Positions 57,657 to 64,000 of a stretch of 64,000 nucleotides of DNA are shown piece after piece. Location of the stretch: the IMG/VR virus record IMGVR_UViG_3300021178_000012, positions 15,027 through 79,026 of that record; one strand, given 5' to 3'. The notes under the pieces were generated by a model, which made no database searches, was not told where the DNA came from, and saw only the letters and a program-made list of their open reading frames with translations. Each line of letters opens with the position of its first letter. The stretch's first letter is position 1. This DNA comes from a virus. The position numbers and the translations under genes are program-made.

Positions 57657-58323
57657 CCGACGAAGAACGAGAAGCGAAGTTCATCTCCGAATGGAACCTC
57701 GTTGGACCGCGTGAGCGACGTCGGTTCGTCGAGCGCCTTCTCTGGCGGCGGAAGACGCCCTACGCGATGCAAACGAAGTGGCGCGGGCTCCTCCGCCTGC
57801 TCAAGAAGAGTGAGCGCATCGAGCGCGAGGACGTGCGCGAGGCTCACCGGCATCGACTCGAGCGACACGAGCTGAAGAAGATTGTGCGCGAACTCGGCGC
57901 CCTACGTGAGCGAACGCAGAGCGCCTCCGTGGACCATGCGTCTGGCGTAGGTGAGATTGTCGACGCGATAGGTCAGTTCGTGTTGGCATTTGCGGGAGCA
58001 ACGTCATGAGCAAGTGCCGCTACTGCGACCAAGACGAGAGTACGAACAAGGATCAGTTTGGCCTCTGCGACGCGTGCTGGGAGAAGTACAAGCCGTGCCC
58101 TGGGACACCACCGAAGAACTGGAAGAAGGGCTGCCAGGCATCGGCGAGCAAGACCTTCGGCGATTGGTCGATGGACCGATGCGGTAAGGAGCCGACGCGA
58201 CCGACGACATTCGGACCGATGTGCGACGAGTGCTGGACGCACCTTCGTGAGACGACGCGCAAGGGCGAGAACATCCTCGGGATGATGCAGGGCTACCCGA
58301 AGAAAGCGAAGGAGGAGTCGTGA
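57653..58323 (+). repeat. 671-bp two-gene unit, copy 2 (CDS 57653-58009 and 58006-58323)
   Basis: Offset 1385 bp from copy 1. Confidence 0.92.
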
Positions 58324-59389
58324 CGAACATTTCAGACGCAGAGTTGCAGCGCTTGAGAGAGGCTAAAAATGAGGACGAGTGGAACGATGTCTGCTCCGAC
58401 ATCAAGAGAGCACATGACGGCTACCCGTCCGATTGGTGGGCCAAGGTCAAGCTGTCGGGACTCATGCAGCAAGTTGCTGACGGCTGGGGTCGGCCCGAAG
58501 GCGCGGAGTTGAGGATTCGAAGAGGTTGAAGTGAGACCCGTCTTCGAAGACATTCTCGATGCGTTCAATGACCTTGAGCCCCGCGGCCGGTTCACGACGT
58601 CGGTCACGTACTGGCAGGACGGCACGATGCAGCTCATCACCCACTCCGTGGCGCGCGATGCGGGGTACAAGATCGAGGCGTACACCGCCGGCACGATCTC
58701 CGACCGCACGATGCGCCGGCACCTTCGGAAGCTCGAAGCGTGCGCGTTCACGTACAAGAGGGGTCCCGTGTTCCCGAGCACGACGCGGAAGTGGGCGGCG
58801 CGGGGTGTCTTGCAGATGCTTCGGTGGGCGGGAGAGGGCGAAGCGGCGGATGAGATTCTCGAGAAGCTCGAGGCGGCCGGGGTTCGTTTGACGAAGGAGG
58901 AGTGATGGGTCGCATGGTCGGCTACCGCTACGGTTTCGATTCCGACATCGAGTTCGACGAATCTGCGATGGAGCGCATCCTCGTTCGCGCCACGAAGCTC
59001 GGCATCGTCACCGAGTACGACACAGGTCGCGGGCGGGTTGTATGGTTCAACGGACGTCCCGGCGCCGCGTTGCGGGCGGTCCGCGACCAAGTCCAAGCGC
59101 TTATTGCAAAGGGGAAATGATGACCGCCACAGCCCGCAGCGAATGGGGCGTCTGGTACACCAACGGCGAGATGTCGTTCGGTTGGCTCGCACGCGAAGGC
59201 GGCAACGGCCGTACGCACACGATCGAGGTCGATACGAAGGAAGAGGCCGAAGAGATCGCTCGTCTCAATTCGTGCGACGGCGATGAGCACGTCTACGGCG
59301 CGGTGTCGTTCTTTCGTCTTGACAGCAAGGACGCCATGGAAGCCCTGCGCCAGAAAGCGCGAGCGCGGCAGCGAGCGAGGTGGGCGTGA
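58320..59389 (+). other. Hypothetical CDSs: 58320-58529, 58531-58905, 58905-59120, 59117-59389
   Basis: Tiling and RBSs. Confidence 0.6.
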
Positions 59390-59649
59390 CCCCGCGCGAC
59401 GTCCGCCTCATCCGCACGACGTTCGGCTTCTCGACCGAGACCCTCGCGCGAGCGATGGGCGTTTCGGGGTTCACGGTCATGCGCTGGGAGAAGGGTTCGA
59501 ACCCGCCGACGGGGCTTTCGCTCGAGGTTCTCGACGCGTTCTTCCTCGTGGCGCAGAAGGCGAAGTCGGCGAAGCAGAAAAAGATTCTCGGCTCGAGGAT
59601 CCGTCTCGGCGTGGGTAGGTTGATTTACGAGGAGTTGGTGAGACAGTGA
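59386..59649 (+). CDS. XRE-family HTH regulator
   Basis: IRTTFGFSTETLARAMGVSGFTVMRWEKG..PP. Confidence 0.8.
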   Translation: MTPRDVRLIRTTFGFSTETLARAMGVSGFTVMRWEKGSNPPTGLSLEVLDAFFLVAQKAKSAKQKKILGSRIRLGVGRLIYEELVRQ

Positions 59650-62600
59650 AAACGATCTTCCAGGCTACCTACGGACTCGACGTCGCGGATCGCGGATACG
59701 TCGACGGACCAAAGGGTCGACCGATCTCGAAGGCTGCGCTCGACGCTGAGGTGAGCACCGCACCGCTGTTTTTCACTCTGGAGTACCCGTTCGGTGAGAA
59801 GTTCCACGGCGTCGTCGAGATCGGCGAGCGAGAGCCTCGCATCACGCTTCGGATGATCATCCGAGATGTGCGTCGAGGTTTCCGCGAGATGTACCGCGGC
59901 TCAAAGGCCGCAAGCATTCCAGGGATGCGGAACAAGCGCGTCGTCGGCCGGTACGGCGAGGCCTTCCATGTCATTGGCGATCTCGTCATCGAGCGGATTC
60001 GCTTGCATGGCACGAGGCTCCACGTGGACATCGGATCATGACCACCGACCTCGAGAAAGAGTACGGCGACGCGCTCGTAGCGGCGCACGACCAGCGCATC
60101 AACGACGCGAAACGAATCGCCGAGCTCGAAGCAGCGCTCATCGAAGCGTGCGACGGGTGGGCGACCTGGCGCCAAGCGCCGCGCATCGAGGAACTGCGGG
60201 CGTTGGCGCGGGGCGGACGATGACCGCACGTAAGTGCCGCAAGTACAGGCTTCGTCCGGGCGAGTTCGCCGACGGCGAACGATACACGCGAGCCATGCGC
60301 GAAGCGCTCACGTGCTGGCGTTGCCGGTGCTGGATGTTCGTGATGGAGATCGCTTGGAGGCTCGGTCTGTGAACCCACTCTCCGTCCTCCGCGAGCTCGT
60401 CGCCGCCCTCGAGGCCACGAACAAGTGCCGACACTGCGTGCCCACGAAGGACGCCCCGTGCGGCGAGCACGCGGCGCAGGTTGCGAAGGCCCTCGCGCGG
60501 GCCAAGGATCTCGTCAAGGACGATGCGAAAGGGAAACCATCATGATCCGAATGCGGTTCTTCGCTAGAGCAAGCTTTGAGCGCGAGTGCTTCCCAGCGTT
60601 TCTCGCGGAACGCCGCGCCGCCGGCTTCCGAACGAAGCTCGGGCAATGGCCCTGTCCAAAATGGAGACCGTCGTGATCCTCACCCCCATCCAGGAAGCCT
60701 TCCTCATCGCCGTCGTCGACCGCCCCGTGCTCGGCAAGGGTGTCCTCACTGGGCAGGATGCGATGGCCGCGAGTCACCTCAGGGTGATGGGCCTCGTGCG
60801 CATCGACGTCGCGCCGAAGTGGTCGATGCCCATGGCCTTCCCTACGAAGTGGGGCTGTGCGTGGGTCAGCGAGAAGTACCTGGGGCATCCGCCTGTGGGA
60901 GAAGATGAAAGAAGACGTGCCGGCGTACCGTGTACCGTTCCCGAGAGAAGAGCCGAAGGAGAGAAGGAAGCCGATGAACAACAACTGGTTTTAGCATGGA
61001 GAAGTTGTCGTGACCGATCAGAGCCTCATCTGCATCGACATCCGCGACGTGCTCCCGCGTGAGGTGCGCATCCACGAGCTCACGCCGCCGAAGAAGGCCT
61101 TCCATCCGGTGCACCTCACCGTGAGCGACGCGGTTCAGGAGGCCTTCAAGGTCAGCGCAGTGGAGATCGGCGAACGCGAGTTCCACGCGACGCTCGTCTC
61201 GCCCGGGGCATATCGTCTCCAACCGAAGGACTACGACAATGTGGACGACGTCGTCATCGGGCCTGGCGTGAGTGCGAGGATCATGGTGGAGAACCGCACC
61301 AACGAGAAGCGCCGGTTCATCGGCATCCTGACGGGGAGGGCGCTGTGAACGACCGCGTGTGGGCCGTCACGTTCCGCGGCACTGAGTGGGTCGAGCGCGC
61401 GCGATCCGGTTGCGTCGTAAGCAACACCGACCCAAGGCGCGCTGCGGAGTTCACACGCGAAGAGGCCGAAGAGGCCGAAGCGGTCGTAGCGCTCGCCGAG
61501 GCGAACGGCCTGCCCGGACGCACCATCGTGAAGCACCCGATGTCACACGCAGGTGTGGATACCGAGGCGGCCGTGACCCCGCCGCTTCAGGTCGGTGAAC
61601 GCGTGCACGTCGCGCGCTGGGGCGAGGGCATCGTCGAATCAGTAGGAAGCGGTACGGTCAACGTGCGCTTCCGGGACGGGCGCGTGGGTCGGTTCGCGGC
61701 CTTCGCGGAGCACGTGAAGCGGGTGGAGCCTAAGCGGCAGTCGACGACGGTCTGGAGGCCTTGATGATCATCGAACACACGTACACGTTGAGGCGAGCAT
61801 GAACCCTTTCAGAATACCTTGGCGTGAGGAATTACAAAACACGCCTGATTGCGTCCAGTTAGCTGCCGCATTTCTAGGCATATGGGCCATCGCGCTTCTC
61901 GGTCTGGTCATATGGTCGTTTTACAGAACGCCGAACCAGCCTGGTCTTCCGATCAAGACCGGTGCTGAACATTGTTCCGACGTCTGCCACGGTCGAATGA
62001 AGTCATACAGCGCCAGCGAGTACAAGTGCGAATGTCAGGACAATTGGCCATGAGCGAACCGAACCCCATGTGTACCTGCGAACTCGAACCCGCCTTCGGC
62101 GTGTGCCCCGACGGCGAAGAGCCGCGTCCGTGGATCGTCATAGACGCGGAGGGCGAGGAGATCGCAGTGTGCCGAGAGGAGCGGTTCGCGGCGCTCATCG
62201 CAAATTCGCTGGACAATGTCACCGTCGACGACGGGCCGTTAGACGGCGACGGGTGGGGAGGAAATATACGCGCCTGCCTCGTTCATCCAAGGAAGCCATG
62301 ATCGTTCCCATCATCTCCAAGCGGTTCTTTCGATGCACGACCGACGGGTGCGAAGGCGACTTCAGCATCGACCACGTGCTCACTGAGAAGAACCTGGGTG
62401 CCAAGTTCAAATGGTTCTGTGACGAATGCGGCTGCTACATGCATTTCGTCGTCGACCAAGACGCTCAGACGATCGACGTCATCGATCGGCAGATCGATGG
62501 AAAACCGATCACCGTCACGCTCGAACTCGAGACGAAGGACGGGCATCGACTCCTCTTCCGCGTGTACGATTGGGCGCACAAGTACAACGTCGGCCCCGAC

Positions 62601-63019
62601 GGCGAGAGTACGTTGGTCCACGACAAGAGGTACTACTACGAGCAGCACACCTGCCCGACGAACTGGTTCCGTGACGTTGCCGAGATCGTCGAGATCTCTG
62701 CCGACGGGTTCGAGGACCGCGCCCCGCACGGCTTCGCGAGGTTCGTCGACATCGAGCCAGGATGGCACTGTAAGAAGGATGAGGACTGCTGATGCTGTCC
62801 AAGTACCGACCAAGGTCAGAGTTGCCGAGCCACATGAGGCAGCGTCTCGAAAGAGAGCGTGAGAAACGCCTCGATCGAATTGCGAAGGCCTCGTTAACCG
62901 CGACGTCGCGCTGCAAGATGTGCCGGGCTCCTCGGTGCGAAGAGACCGAGCGCGAACGCTGCCCTTTCTACCCGGAAGGGCTTCCGTGCTTTCTCTTCGT
63001 TCTACACGAGTGGCGCTAG
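59646..63019 (+). other. Hypothetical CDSs: 59646-60041, 60038-60223, 60220-60372, 60369-60545, 60542-60676, ~60661-61062, 61010-61348, 61345-61764, 61799-62053 (TM), 62050-62301, 62298-62792, 62792-63019
   Basis: Tiling and ORF track; boundaries in 60542-61062 are uncertain. Confidence 0.55.
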
Positions 63020-63651
63020 CGTTTCTTTTTCTCCGCAGCGAGTTCGGCCGCGTATCGTTTCTGCCAGCGCTGCCAGTAGTCGTAGAGCTGCTTGCTCCCT
63101 TCCTGCCCGGCCTTCGACGAGCACATGCCCCCGGCGTACTGCGAGAACGCGAGGTCTTTCCCCATGCCGAGGCATGCGGACTGTGAGTCATGAAGCAGTT
63201 CGAGACCGTACGAGAAGCATGCGCGTCGGTCGTCGAAGAGCTTCTGGCCGGCCGCGGCGTCCTTCGCCCAGATCTGCATCGAACAGTAGGCGCGTCCCCC
63301 GTCGCACGTTCCCGGTCGGCACGGGCCCTTGTCTGTATCGATGGCGAAGCCGCTCTCGTGCTCCGCGACAGCGAGGATGAGGAGCGCGTCGGTCGCGTTT
63401 CCCTTGGCAGCCCACGCCGCGTCCTCGGCTATCTCGTGCAGGCGCTCGTGGAACTCCTCGTCGGTCTCCGTGACGCCCTCGGGCGGCGGAGCCACGTGGA
63501 CGGTCAGGAGGATGGCGTAGAGGCGGTCGGCAAGCGTGGGCGGGGTCTTCTCGGCACACGCCTGGCACGTCCCGCAGGTCGACGCTCCGACGAACAGGGC
63601 GAAGGCGAGGAACGCAAGGAAGTCGAGGTAGAGACGCTTCTCGAGGGTCAT
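63016..63651 (-). CDS. Signal-anchored lysozyme-like/lytic transglycosylase (possible endolysin)
   Basis: N-terminal TM FLAFLAFALFVGA; catalytic-type LAVAEHESGF; G.AYCSMQI; YAGG.C. Confidence 0.6.
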   Translation of the reverse strand: MTLEKRLYLDFLAFLAFALFVGASTCGTCQACAEKTPPTLADRLYAILLTVHVAPPPEGVTETDEEFHERLHEIAEDAAWAAKGNATDALLILAVAEHESGFAIDTDKGPCRPGTCDGGRAYCSMQIWAKDAAAGQKLFDDRRACFSYGLELLHDSQSACLGMGKDLAFSQYAGGMCSSKAGQEGSKQLYDYWQRWQKRYAAELAAEKKKR

Positions 63652-63743
63652 CGCAGCACCCCGAGGAGGCAGGCAGCAAAACCGACGACCGTGCCAGCGA
63701 CGTCTCGACTTTCAAGGCGTCGAGCTGCCTTTGCGGTCAACAT
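63648..63743 (-). CDS. 31-aa hydrophobic peptide upstream of the lysozyme-like gene
   Basis: MLTAKAARRLESRDVAGTVVGFAACLLGVLR; ATGA-coupled. Confidence 0.35.
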   Translation of the reverse strand: MLTAKAARRLESRDVAGTVVGFAACLLGVLR

Positions 63744-63844
63744 GAGACCCTCTTTACCACGACCCAGGTTTGTGTGTATGAATGGAAAAGCCCCGCGACG
63801 CTTGATCTCGTCCGGGGCATGGCAGGCCGTGGAGGGCCTACAAC

Positions 63845-64000
63845 ATGAAGGTGTACCAGTACGGGCTCAGGCCTGCGACCGAAAACGCAGCAGTCGTTGC
63901 TGAGCAGATGTGGCTCGCGCATCGCTACCGAAACACGCTCGTAGAGATCGAGCGAGGTCGTCGTGCGGCGGTTCGTCGCCTTTGCGAAGCCTCGGATGAA
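63845..64000 (+). CDS. N-terminus of a probable Cas12m (type V-U1/V-M)/TnpB-related protein, truncated by the window end
   Basis: MKVYQYGLRPATENAAVVAEQMWLAHRYRNTLVEIERGRR matches the YG-L-P...EQ..L...Y.N.LVEIE start pattern recalled for V-U1 proteins; GGAGGG RBS. RuvC not visible. Confidence 0.55.
   Translation, partial: MKVYQYGLRPATENAAVVAEQMWLAHRYRNTLVEIERGRRAAVRRLCEASDE

Noticed and set aside
56268-58323. Simple assembly duplication
   Set aside because: Copies differ by many substitutions and have different flanking genes with intact start/stop coupling; strain collapse cannot be fully excluded without reads.
1-64000. CRISPR array
   Set aside because: No run of equal-length repeats with unique spacers was seen; the Y RNA/tRNA repeats and the heptamer tract do not have that structure.

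Overview
High-GC (estimated by eye, not computed) segment of a large bacterial virus or provirus; no host housekeeping genes are visible. Layout: (1) 1-8593, a leftward operon running off the window edge. It looks like a virion module of a tail-less, membrane-containing virus: beta-rich jelly-roll-like capsid candidate next to a transglutaminase-like Cys protease, plus several N- or C-terminally anchored membrane proteins. No terminase, portal, HK97 capsid or tail gene is recognisable. (2) 8749-12115, rightward hypothetical genes. (3) 12121-17576, a leftward unit with an Ocr-like DNA mimic and a Ro60/Rsr gene. Directly behind the Ro60 stop codon is a ~470-nt, gap-free non-coding array: Y RNA, tRNA-shaped RNA carrying a Ro-binding helix in its anticodon arm, Y RNA, tRNA-Asn(GTT), Y RNA. 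This is the most striking feature of the window. (4) 17818-63019, a long rightward run of translationally coupled early/middle genes: ParB-like, PC4-like, two adenine methyltransferase-like genes, Rnl2 RNA ligase, SLOG, replication initiator with internal iteron-like repeats plus DnaC-like loader, UvrD helicase, dCTP deaminase, 5'-3' exonuclease fused to a Sak4-like ATPase, SSB, DUF3310-MazG fusion, TGT/DpdA-like, Spo11/TOPRIM-like, 2OG-Fe(II) oxygenase-like, tyrosine recombinase, two RNAP alpha-CTD-like proteins and a diverged 671-bp duplication. (5) A lysozyme-like gene on the minus strand and the first 52 codons of a probable Cas12m/TnpB-family gene at the right edge. All family assignments come from motif recognition by eye; no database search was run.
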